Positions 10,909-20,085 of a stretch of 64,000 nt of DNA are shown one piece after another. The notes under the pieces were generated by a model. That model worked only from the letters and a program-made list of their open reading frames with translations, was not told the origin of the DNA and did no database searches. The stretch comes from Bdellovibrionota bacterium (GTDB taxonomy: Bacteria > Bdellovibrionota_C > UBA2361 > CAKMMH01). How positions within the stretch are numbered: position 1 is the stretch's first letter; each line of letters begins with the position of its first letter. The stretch is from NCBI GenBank assembly GCA_050952645.1, contig JBMNLI010000003.1, forward strand, positions 310 through 64,309, given 5' to 3'. The position numbers and the translations under genes were made by a program.

Positions 10909-11814
10909 CTAACCTGCCATTTGACCTAAACTAATATTATTAATTTTCGCATAAGTTTCTCTGTAAACACTTTTAAGATAATCTTTATATTGGCATTGAC
11001 TAATGCTATCCATTTGCTCTTTAAAATACTCTAATGAAATATAACCTAACTTAAGAGCTATTTCTTCAGGGCAAGACATTTTTAGACCTTGCCTAGCTTC
11101 TAAGATTTCTACAAACGTAGAAGCTTCGGATAATGCCGATGTAGTTCCACTATCTAGCCACGCAGTTCCTCGCCCTACTGGGACAACTTTTAATTGCTTC
11201 CTTTTTAAATATTCAACGTTTACATCGGTTATTTCATATTCTAGACGCTTAGATGGCTTTAAATTTTTTGCGATTTCGACTACATCATTATCATATATAT
11301 ACAAACCAGGAACTATATAATTTGATTTTGGCTCCTTTGGTTTTTCCTCTATACTAATAACATTTCCCTCAATATCAAACTCTATTACACCAAAATCTTG
11401 AGGATTAGTTACGGGATATCCAAAAATAGTAGCCCCAGTTTTATGTTCCCTTATAGAAGAGATATGACCAAAATTTCCATGAAATATATTATCACCTAAT
11501 ATTAAAGTGACGTTAGAACTACCAATAAAATCTTTACCTAAAACGAACGCTTCTGCAATACCTCTTGGGCTTTGTTGAACGATATAAGTAAAGTTTAACC
11601 CAAATTTTTTCCCATCTCCGAGAAAATTTGCAAGCACTGGCGTATCTTTAGGAGTCGATATTATACATATGTCTCTTATCCCTGCTAGCATCAACGTGCT
11701 TAAGGGATAATAAATCATAGGCTTATCAAAAACTGGCAAGAGTTGCTTGCAACACACTTGCGTTAACGGATATAACCTTGAACCCGTTCCACCTGCTAAA
11801 ATGATTCCTTTCAT
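10909..11814 (-). CDS. rfbA: Glucose-1-phosphate thymidylyltransferase
   Basis: GIILAGGTGSRLYP, KQLLPVFDKPMIYYP, LILGDNIF, EEKP, AWLDSGT. Confidence 0.96.
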   Translation of the reverse strand: MKGIILAGGTGSRLYPLTQVCCKQLLPVFDKPMIYYPLSTLMLAGIRDICIISTPKDTPVLANFLGDGKKFGLNFTYIVQQSPRGIAEAFVLGKDFIGSSNVTLILGDNIFHGNFGHISSIREHKTGATIFGYPVTNPQDFGVIEFDIEGNVISIEEKPKEPKSNYIVPGLYIYDNDVVEIAKNLKPSKRLEYEITDVNVEYLKRKQLKVVPVGRGTAWLDSGTTSALSEASTFVEILEARQGLKMSCPEEIALKLGYISLEYFKEQMDSISQCQYKDYLKSVYRETYAKINNISLGQMAG

Positions 11815-11988
11815 AAAAGCACCTTTAAATTATTTCTTTCTTCACGTCAAAAAATGTTTTTTAGCTTAAAACATAGCATCAATTTGCTTAAAGCATAAAC
11901 GCTACGAAAAGCAATCCTTTAAACTACCTTAAAACTAAACTACCTTAAGATAAACTACCTTAAAACGTGAAAAAACATTTATATAAAT

Positions 11989-12201
11989 TTATTGGTTTTG
12001 GAATTTAGCGTATTTTTTCATAAATTTATCTACACGCCCTTCAGAGTCTACTATTTTTTGCTTTCCAGTATAAAATGGATGACACTCACTACAAACACCA
12101 ATATTTATTTCTTTTGCCGTAGAACCCACCTCGAAAGTGTTTCCACAACCACTACACGTAACTTTTGATTGATAAAATTCAGGATGAATATCTTTTTTCA
12201 T
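11989..12201 (-). CDS. rpmE: 50S ribosomal protein L31 (Zn-binding type)
   Basis: MKKDIHP...CSGC...[12 protein letters not shown]...GRVDKF. Confidence 0.98.
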   Translation of the reverse strand: MKKDIHPEFYQSKVTCSGCGNTFEVGSTAKEINIGVCSECHPFYTGKQKIVDSEGRVDKFMKKYAKFQNQ

Positions 12202-12673
12202 AATATATATCTCACTATTCTTTTTTTTTTAACTTTTTTTTTTACAACTTCTATTTATATTTATTTATTAACACTCGTTATTCAAAACGAAATTCAAAAC
12301 GAAATTTTTAACGAAATTAAAAACTAAAAACTATATAAACATATCTTTGAAGTTTTTTATAAGCCAAGCTTTATACTTTATTTAGTATTTTATTTGACCA
12401 TTCCGTTTGCCTAACGCTTTATACTACTTTAAATACACTCGATTTGCAATATTTTAAAACCAACAAATTATAAAACTTAAAAAAAAACATAAAATAAAAA
12501 CGTAAAACCTCAGATAAGATATAATATATTTAAAATAGATGCATTTATACTACTACACTAAATATTATATAAAATATTATATAAATCACATTTAACATAT
12601 TACTTATAGTATAATATTACTTATAGTATAATAGAAAAGCAAAACGCATCTATTTTTAAAATTATCCTAAAAA

Positions 12674-13654
12674 TTAAGCAAAAGCTTTTCCTGCAGAACC
12701 TAAAACATTTATACATTTATGTTTGTATAATTCTTTTAATGCATCTCTAGCAGGTCCTAAATACTTACGAGGATCGAACTCTTCAGGTTTTTCAACGAAC
12801 ACCTTTCTTACAGCAGCAGTCATTGCTAAACGTCCATCAGAGTCGATATTAATCTTACATACTGCACTCTTTGAAGCTTCCCTTAATTGGTCTTCACCAA
12901 TACCGATAGCATCTTTTAATTTTCCACCATGAGAATTAATTATTTGAACTAAATCTTGTGGAACAGATGAAGAGCCGTGAAGAACTATTGGAAAGCCAGG
13001 AATTCTCTCCTCGATTTCTTTTAGAATATCTAAGCGAATCTTAGGGTCTTGTCCAGGCTTGAACTTGAAAGCTCCGTGGCTAGTTCCAATCGAGATAGCT
13101 AGGCTATCTACGCCAGTTTTAGAAGTAAAGTCTACCACCTCATCTGGTTGAGTGTATGAGTGCGAATCAGAGGACACTTCATCTTCTACACCAGCTAGCA
13201 CTCCAAGCTCCCCTTCCACAGTTACGTCGAACTCACGAGTGTAATCTACTACTTTTTTAGTGATTGCAACGTTTTCATCGTAAGGCAAGCTTGAACCATC
13301 GATCATCACCGATGAAAAACCAAACTCTACACAACTTTTACAAACTTCAAAAGTATCTCCATGATCTAAGTGTAAAGCTATAGGAAGACATTTACTCCCC
13401 CCGAGAATTTCTCTTGAATATTCAACTGCGCCTTGAGCTAAATAACGAAGTAGTGTTTGGTTAGCATACGAACGAGCCCCTTTTGATACTTGTAATATAA
13501 CTGGGCTTTCAACTTCACAACAAGCTTGAATTATCGCTTGCAATTGTTCCATGTTATTAAAATTATATGCAGGCACAGCGTATCCACCAGCCATTGCCTT
13601 TTTAAACATTTCTCTAGTATTTACTAGTCCTAGGTCTTTATATGAAACTACCAT
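12674..13654 (-). CDS. fba: Class II fructose-bisphosphate aldolase
   Basis: ALHLDHG, SSVMIDGS, VEGELG, IGTSHGAFK, VLHGSSS, KINIDSD. Confidence 0.96.
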   Translation of the reverse strand: MVVSYKDLGLVNTREMFKKAMAGGYAVPAYNFNNMEQLQAIIQACCEVESPVILQVSKGARSYANQTLLRYLAQGAVEYSREILGGSKCLPIALHLDHGDTFEVCKSCVEFGFSSVMIDGSSLPYDENVAITKKVVDYTREFDVTVEGELGVLAGVEDEVSSDSHSYTQPDEVVDFTSKTGVDSLAISIGTSHGAFKFKPGQDPKIRLDILKEIEERIPGFPIVLHGSSSVPQDLVQIINSHGGKLKDAIGIGEDQLREASKSAVCKINIDSDGRLAMTAAVRKVFVEKPEEFDPRKYLGPARDALKELYKHKCINVLGSAGKAFA

Positions 13655-13913
13655 CTTTCGCTCCTATTAAAATAATAAAACAATGTGGATTTTTAAAATA
13701 TCTTAAAAAGTAGTTATTTAGAAAAATTTAAAAAGAAAATTAAAACTAAAAACTTTAAGATATATTTCGCTAAAAATTTTAGAGTTTTTAGCTATCCACC
13801 ACAAACATTATAATATATCATAAGAGAGAAATGCGAAACACTTTTATTTTTTTTTAGTTAAATTACATTTAAATTACTTTAATTATAAATAAATTATAAA
13901 TAGATTTTAAATT

Positions 13914-15302
13914 ATGAATAAAAAAAATATATTGCAAAACAAAGCACTTACGCTTTTATTTACGATTTTATTTTCATCTTTTCTAATAAATAATTTTTTC
14001 TTAGTAAATATAGCATTTGCTAAAGAAAATAATAAAAATATAAAAGATAATAAAAATATAGATGATAGTAAAAATATAAAAAAAACCGATAAGCATCCTT
14101 TTTTACTTTTAAAATCCGATACCGTTTGTGCTAGTGGGTTTTTTACTAATAATCAAAAAATAATAACTGCAAGCCACGTAGTAAAAAGTTGTGTGAGAAA
14201 CAATTGCGATCATTTTAGAATATTTTATAATGATAAAAACGTTTTATTTTCATCTTTAAAAATAGATAAAATTTCTTATGCGTTAGATATCGCTATTTTA
14301 GATATCGATTTTTTAGATGAAGCTCAAAAAGCGTTATTTAAAAATGGCATCGACATATCTAAAACGAATAAAGTTTATCCTAATGAAGAACTTAAAATTT
14401 TAGGCTTTCCAAAGTGTGGAAATTTTCAGATTTCTAAAGCCGTGGTATCTGAAGATAACAACTTACAAATTCACGTGCTATCTAAAATTCATTTTGGGAG
14501 TAGTGGCTCTCTAGTGTTAAACAAGGACGATAAGTTTGTAGGCATGGCAACTAAGAGTCAGAGTGTTCGCTCTGCCTTAAAATCGCTTATCGTAGGCTCG
14601 ACGCTTAATGCAAATATTATAAAGGGCGTTCATATAAATAAGCTTTCAAAATTAAAAGACTCTAAAATTTTACCTTATGAGATTTCAAAACTAAATGAGT
14701 ATTACGAGCAAAATATTTTTAATAATTTTTCTCCTACTAGATATCCTAATACGTTTAATTATATGGTTATGGCGAATAATATTTTTGTTAATTTACCTCT
14801 TTATAAAGTGCAAGGCAAAAGTTTTATTAAGGATATTTTACAAAGTTCATATAATGCCCCTTATATTCTCTCTAATATTTCGTATTCTAGACCATTAAGA
14901 AAGGCTGAAGAAGATGCAGAAAAGCTAGTGCTATTATATTCATTTGAGAAAAAGGGTTTTACTAATAATGATTTTAAAATTTTAGATGCAACTAAATTAA
15001 AAAACTCTTTTAATATAGTTGAAAGAAGCAAAGAGCATAAAGAGAAATTAAATTTAATAGTAGATAATGCTAAGAAGCACACTCAATATAGTTATATAGT
15101 TTCGTTTTTAGCAACTAGCATTTGGTTTATCATTCTTTTTATATTGATTATATTTTTCTTAGTATTTTCTACGGGCTATTATTCTTCAAAATTTACGGGA
15201 AGCAAAAAAAGAAGATTCTTAATAACTATTCTTTTTTTATTTACCTGGCCTATATCTCTAATAGTATATTTATTTATTTTAAGGAAAAGCAAAAAGAAAT
15301 AA
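13914..15302 (+). CDS. Trypsin-like serine protease with signal peptide and C-terminal TM helices
   Basis: Triad motifs ITASHV (His), LDIAIL (Asp), HFGSSGS (Ser); signal peptide ending AFA; two hydrophobic C-terminal segments. Confidence 0.75.
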   Translation: MNKKNILQNKALTLLFTILFSSFLINNFFLVNIAFAKENNKNIKDNKNIDDSKNIKKTDKHPFLLLKSDTVCASGFFTNNQKIITASHVVKSCVRNNCDHFRIFYNDKNVLFSSLKIDKISYALDIAILDIDFLDEAQKALFKNGIDISKTNKVYPNEELKILGFPKCGNFQISKAVVSEDNNLQIHVLSKIHFGSSGSLVLNKDDKFVGMATKSQSVRSALKSLIVGSTLNANIIKGVHINKLSKLKDSKILPYEISKLNEYYEQNIFNNFSPTRYPNTFNYMVMANNIFVNLPLYKVQGKSFIKDILQSSYNAPYILSNISYSRPLRKAEEDAEKLVLLYSFEKKGFTNNDFKILDATKLKNSFNIVERSKEHKEKLNLIVDNAKKHTQYSYIVSFLATSIWFIILFILIIFFLVFSTGYYSSKFTGSKKRRFLITILFLFTWPISLIVYLFILRKSKKK

Positions 15303-15335
15303 CGCAAACGAATAAGGCTTTAAAATAAAAAATAT

Positions 15336-15364
15336 TTGGCTTTAATAGCCTTATAGTATATAAT
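15336..15364 (+). promoter_or_regulatory. Putative sigma70 promoter of the peptide-rSAM operon
   Basis: TTGGCT-17 nt-TATAAT, about 80 nt upstream of the small ORF. The region is AT-rich, so a chance match is possible. Confidence 0.55.
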
Positions 15365-15446
15365 ATTCACGTAATTGTTGTTACTGCATTTGTGTAAGAG
15401 TAAGGCTATATAATATAATAGTTTAAGCAGTAGCAACTTCTTAAAC

Positions 15447-15539
15447 ATGGAAGATCCTATGGAAAATATAAATGAAAATGTAATTGTTAACTATGATGAA
15501 ATAGAAAGTGAAAATTGTAGCTGTTGCTACCACGTATAG
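15447..15539 (+). CDS. Putative RiPP precursor peptide MEDPMENINENVIVNYDEIESENCSCCYHV (alternative start ATG 15459, 26 aa)
   Basis: Hand-translated ORF below the ORF-track cutoff. Acidic leader with a Cys/Tyr/His-rich C-terminus; lies directly upstream of an RRE-rSAM/SPASM gene and is followed by a stem-loop. Confidence 0.8.
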   Translation: MEDPMENINENVIVNYDEIESENCSCCYHV

Positions 15540-15573
15540 TCATGTGTGGGTACAACACTTTTATTTTAATTTT

Positions 15574-15616
15574 AAGCATAAGTTATAAAAATCGTAATTT
15601 TTGATAACTTATGCTT
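15574..15616 (+). terminator. Stem-loop between precursor and maturase (leaky terminator or mRNA stabiliser)
   Basis: AAGCATAAGTTATAAAAAT-cgta-ATTTTT(g)ATAACTTATGCTT: 19-bp stem with one bulge, followed by a T-rich tract. Confidence 0.75.
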
Positions 15617-15645
15617 TTGTGTTATTTTAAACTAAAGTCCAAAAT

Positions 15646-16983
15646 ATGTTTATAATCCCTGAAATTCAATTTGTACTAGATAAAGAAAAAGATAAAATAT
15701 ATATTATTAATCTTATAAATGCAGCAACTAGCTTAATAAATAAAGATTTATACAATAAGATTCTAAATTTAGATTTCAATGGTATAGATAGGGCTACACT
15801 TGAAAATTTGAAAAAACGGCGATACTTATTTGAAACAGAAAATGAATATAAAAAATTTATAACATCTTTAGAACAAAGCATTGAACAAAAAGAAAATGAA
15901 TCAATTCCTAATTTTCTATTAATTCCAACATACTCCTGCAATTTAAATTGTATATATTGCTATGAAAAATCATATAAAATTGACAATATAAACACTAGAA
16001 ATAGCATAGGAATATTCAATAAATACTTAACAATTATTGAAACCATTCTTAAAAAATATATCATAGATAATAATAAAGATGTTCATATAACGCTAATGGG
16101 TGGGGAACCATTGATGAAAAAAAATTTAGAATTAATTGAACACATGCTTAAAAATATTAATTCGAAGGGCTATAGCATCAATATAGTAACAAATGGTATT
16201 GAATTAGAATATTTTTTAGATTTATTAACAAAATATAATGTTTCGCATATACAAATAACACTAGATGGAGACAGCGAAATAAATGATAAAAGACGAATTT
16301 ACCCTAAAGGTGGAAGTAGTTTCGCAAAAATTATTGAAAATTTGAAATTGGCATTAGAAAAGGATTTGAAAGTTTATTTGCGTGTGAATGTCGATGAAGA
16401 AAATATAACTGGTCTTCCTAATTTAGCTAGAATTCTATGTAAAAATTTTAATAATGATAAAAACTTAAAACCTTATATCTACTTATTACAGGATGGTGGT
16501 TGTTCAGGTGATGATAAAATAATCAATGAAAATATCGGAATCAATAAAATCTACGAACTAGAAAACAAAAATCCAGAAATGAAAATATTCCACAAAAAAT
16601 ATCATCCAGCAAAGTTTTTGCAATCCATTTTTGAAAATAAAATATATCACCCTGTAATGAGACATTGTGGTGCATCAAAAAATCAATATATTTTCGATTT
16701 CAATGGACGAGTATATAAATGTTGGCATGGTATAGGCAGTAAAGAAAGCGTCTGTGGTGAAATAAATGATACAATTAAATTTAATTCGCTTAATGATATA
16801 TGGAAAAACAGAAGCACTAAAAATATTAAAAAATGTAATAATTGCAAATATAGATACATTTGTGGTACTGGATGTCCTGCTGCTACACATAAGGAAGTTA
16901 CGGCAGATATTATAAAAACTACTAGTTGTGTTGATTATGAAACTTTAATAAATACAATGATTATAAACCATTTTAACAGGTAA
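15646..16983 (+). CDS. Radical SAM/SPASM peptide maturase with probable N-terminal RRE
   Basis: CNLNCIYC, GGEPL, SPASM cysteines C...GRVYKC...CNNCKYRYICGTGC...C; ~85-aa N-terminal extension with a strand-strand-strand-helices pattern. Confidence 0.92.
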   Translation: MFIIPEIQFVLDKEKDKIYIINLINAATSLINKDLYNKILNLDFNGIDRATLENLKKRRYLFETENEYKKFITSLEQSIEQKENESIPNFLLIPTYSCNLNCIYCYEKSYKIDNINTRNSIGIFNKYLTIIETILKKYIIDNNKDVHITLMGGEPLMKKNLELIEHMLKNINSKGYSINIVTNGIELEYFLDLLTKYNVSHIQITLDGDSEINDKRRIYPKGGSSFAKIIENLKLALEKDLKVYLRVNVDEENITGLPNLARILCKNFNNDKNLKPYIYLLQDGGCSGDDKIINENIGINKIYELENKNPEMKIFHKKYHPAKFLQSIFENKIYHPVMRHCGASKNQYIFDFNGRVYKCWHGIGSKESVCGEINDTIKFNSLNDIWKNRSTKNIKKCNNCKYRYICGTGCPAATHKEVTADIIKTTSCVDYETLINTMIINHFNR

Positions 16984-16988
16984 AAAAT

Positions 16989-18989
16989 ATGATAGAAAAT
17001 GAACCAGTTGTCACATTAGGAATATTTGCTCACGCAAATGCAGGGAAAACTACCATAACTGAAAAACTATTATGTGAAACTAATGAGATTAAACAACCAG
17101 GAAAAGTTGATGAAGGCACAACAGTAACAGATAATTTAAAAGTTGAAAAAGAAAGAGGAATATCAGTTAGATCTGCATTAGTTAATTTCAAATTACCATC
17201 ATTAAAAAAAGTTCAATTAATAGATACTCCAGGACATATTGATTTTTCGGCAGAAGTTGAGCGTGCAGTTTCTGTTTTAGATGCGGGTATCCTTGTAGTA
17301 TCTGGTGTTGAAGGCGTTGAAGCACAAACATATACTATTTGGGAAGCTCTTATAAAAAAAAATGTACCAGTTATTATTTTCATAAATAAAATGGATAGAA
17401 AGGGAGCAAGCTTTAATGATGTGATAAAACAATTACAAGATGAGTTAAGCGAAGCTATCGTTCCAATAGTTAATATTAAAATTAACAATGAAAAAATAAT
17501 TTTATCAGATATTTCCCCAATGACACTTTTAGATAAACTTAGTGAATTCGATGATGAATGTGTTGAGATGTATATGAAATGTTCTGATAGCAAAACATTT
17601 CCTGAAAAAAAATGGTTAGAAGATAAAATTAAAGATTTATTAGAAAAACAAAAAATTTTCCCTGTAATTGGTGGAAGTGCATTACAAGGAGACGGTATCA
17701 AAGAATTTGTTTTATGTTTAGATAAGTTTTTACCAACATTTAAAAGAAACGAAACTGATGAATTTTCTGCTATTGTTTATTCAATAAGAGTTGATAAAAC
17801 CGAGGATTTATACGTTAAAATATTATCTGGAAGCGTGAGAAAAAGACAAATGGTAAGAATTTCTGACGAGGAAACACAAAAAATAACTGATATTAAAGTT
17901 CCCTCTGTCCTTAATAATATTTCAGTAGAATCTGCAAAAAGTGGAGATGTCGTAATACTAAATGGGCTAACCGTACCAGCTGGAACAACGTTGGGCAATG
18001 CTAAAATTAAACCTATTAAATTCGTTAAACCACTTTTGAACATGAGCATAAAATCTAATAATATGCTAAAAGTTGTAGAAGTCCTAAGAATACTTCAAAA
18101 AGAAGATCCATATTTAGAATTTCATTATAACAAACTAACAAGTGAAATCACCATTAGTTTAATGGGGGAGGTTCAAGCTCAAGTTATAGAACAAATAGCT
18201 AAAGAAAGATTCAATTTAGAAATTCAAATGGTAAATCCAACAATTATTTGTAAAGAAACACCACAAAAAATTGGTAAAGCCAAATGTTCTTATACGAAAG
18301 TTTCTGGTCTAGAACTAGAAATTGAACCATTAGCAGAAGGGAGTGGATTTATATTTGAAAGCAAAATCCCAACAGGAACTCTATTGAGAAAATATCAAAG
18401 ACAAGTCGAACGTTTAATAATGCAGTATAAAGAACAAGGATTATACGGATGGACAGTTTCCGATGCAAAAGTTTCATTAGTAGACGGATACTTTGATTCT
18501 ATGGGGTCACAAACTTTAGATTTTAATATTGCAACACCGATAGCTTTTTTTAGAGCTTTGAGAAATGCAAATACAAAAATACTTGAACCAGTGTGCAAGT
18601 TTAGTCTAAAAGCAGAGGAAAAAGATATAGGAACTATATCCACAAGACTGGAAATAAAAGAAAGCAATTTTCGCATCCGAACTGGACTGGGAAAGTATGT
18701 CTATTTTGAAGGGACATCACGACTTGAAAATATATTGTCATTTCAAAATGAAATAAGTAAATTAACATCTGGAAAAGGAGAATTTATTTATGAACTTCAT
18801 CACTATCAAGAATGTATAGATCAATCAAGAGAAATTCCTTTCATCGGATTCGACCCTAGAAATGAAGCTAATTTTGTTGTAAATCAAATGGGAGCAAGTA
18901 TGGTTCCGTTAGATGCTGTTCCAACTAAAAAGAAAAATACGAGTTCAAAATATGCATGGAAAAAATTAAAAAAAAGTTTGGATAGATAG
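16989..18989 (+). CDS. TetM/TetO-like (EF-G superfamily) translational GTPase, divergent ribosomal-protection-like protein
   Basis: AHANAGKTT, ERGISV, DTPGH, NKMD, GSAL; EDPYL, LMGEVQ, EQGLYGW, ILEP. Length and domain layout match the RPP family. Confidence 0.9.
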   Translation: MIENEPVVTLGIFAHANAGKTTITEKLLCETNEIKQPGKVDEGTTVTDNLKVEKERGISVRSALVNFKLPSLKKVQLIDTPGHIDFSAEVERAVSVLDAGILVVSGVEGVEAQTYTIWEALIKKNVPVIIFINKMDRKGASFNDVIKQLQDELSEAIVPIVNIKINNEKIILSDISPMTLLDKLSEFDDECVEMYMKCSDSKTFPEKKWLEDKIKDLLEKQKIFPVIGGSALQGDGIKEFVLCLDKFLPTFKRNETDEFSAIVYSIRVDKTEDLYVKILSGSVRKRQMVRISDEETQKITDIKVPSVLNNISVESAKSGDVVILNGLTVPAGTTLGNAKIKPIKFVKPLLNMSIKSNNMLKVVEVLRILQKEDPYLEFHYNKLTSEITISLMGEVQAQVIEQIAKERFNLEIQMVNPTIICKETPQKIGKAKCSYTKVSGLELEIEPLAEGSGFIFESKIPTGTLLRKYQRQVERLIMQYKEQGLYGWTVSDAKVSLVDGYFDSMGSQTLDFNIATPIAFFRALRNANTKILEPVCKFSLKAEEKDIGTISTRLEIKESNFRIRTGLGKYVYFEGTSRLENILSFQNEISKLTSGKGEFIYELHHYQECIDQSREIPFIGFDPRNEANFVVNQMGASMVPLDAVPTKKKNTSSKYAWKKLKKSLDR

Positions 18990-18991
18990 TT

Positions 18992-20020
18992 ATGAATATT
19001 TCTTTTAAAAATAAAAAACAATTGCCTTTTGATAAGTTAATCCAAGTTGAAAATAAAATATATCTTACTCAACAAATAAAAAATTATGATATAATTAAAT
19101 CTATTGATATTGAAGATATAAAAAAGAGAAGAACAAGAAGTTTTTATGAAAAAGATTTTAATATCCCACAAAATATTTTTTTACTAACTTCATTTAGGGG
19201 ATATGTTATATTTGGCAGGAAAATACGCTCAATTTTAAATATTGAAAAAAAAATAAATGCAATTAATTGTAGCATGATTACAGCCTCTATGTTATTGGGA
19301 ATTTTTAAAGAAAAATACAAAATAAATAGAACAATAAAAGTTAGCTACTACCCTCTTTACGATGAAGAAAAAATTTACATATTCAATGAAATAAAAAAAG
19401 ACCGAAATATCGATATAAGCTTTCCTTATACATATAAAAATTTCTACACAAATAAAGAGAAAATATGTTCCGAATCGGGCTGGAGTTTTAATTATAAAAA
19501 AAAGAAATATTTAGGATATGGCGAGCATCATATAAGAAAATTCACAATAGATTTTTTTAAAGACTATGATTTTAGATTAAAAAAAATAATATATGATCCA
19601 GCTTGCTCTACAGGAGAATTTTTAAAAAATTTTAAAAAAAACTTTCCTAATTCTTATACAATCGGACACGATTTAAGCAAAGAAATGATAAACCATGCCA
19701 AAAATTATGTTAATGAATATTTTTGTTGCAATGCATTAAATTCGCCATTAAAGCCCAATAGTGTTGATATAATGTTTTTAAGATTTTTAAATTCAGAAAT
19801 TGTTTCTACTAAAATGGCTTATAAAATTATGCGTGTTCTTCTGAAAAAAATTAAAATTGGAGGGCTAATAGTTTGCTTTGGTCATACACCTGTATTACTA
19901 AAAAAACCATGGTTTAAGAAATTAAAATTAAAAATTTTAAATTGTAATGGATATGATAAAAGTAGAGATGCGATATTTCAATATTATGTATTACAAGTAA
20001 CTAAAACAACACTTTTGTAG
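18992..20020 (+). CDS. Class I SAM-dependent transferase (methyltransferase fold)
   Basis: Motif I YDPACSTGEFL, GHDLSKEMI, SVDIMFLRFLN; starts 2 nt after the GTPase stop. Confidence 0.82.
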   Translation: MNISFKNKKQLPFDKLIQVENKIYLTQQIKNYDIIKSIDIEDIKKRRTRSFYEKDFNIPQNIFLLTSFRGYVIFGRKIRSILNIEKKINAINCSMITASMLLGIFKEKYKINRTIKVSYYPLYDEEKIYIFNEIKKDRNIDISFPYTYKNFYTNKEKICSESGWSFNYKKKKYLGYGEHHIRKFTIDFFKDYDFRLKKIIYDPACSTGEFLKNFKKNFPNSYTIGHDLSKEMINHAKNYVNEYFCCNALNSPLKPNSVDIMFLRFLNSEIVSTKMAYKIMRVLLKKIKIGGLIVCFGHTPVLLKKPWFKKLKLKILNCNGYDKSRDAIFQYYVLQVTKTTLL

Positions 20021-20085
20021 AATACTTTTCATAAATTCATAAAATTTTCCCCTATCTCACTTTCAAATTTTAAAATCAGGCTTCT

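Noticed and set aside
13914-15302. Trypsin-like protease as the RiPP leader peptidase
   Set aside because: It has host-like sequence style and is separated from the operon by a promoter. Adjacency alone is not enough, though it is not excluded.
16989-18989. Calling the GTPase tet(M)/tet(O) or fusA
   Set aside because: The domain IV loop residues needed for tetracycline release are missing, and it lacks canonical EF-G conservation and str-operon context.
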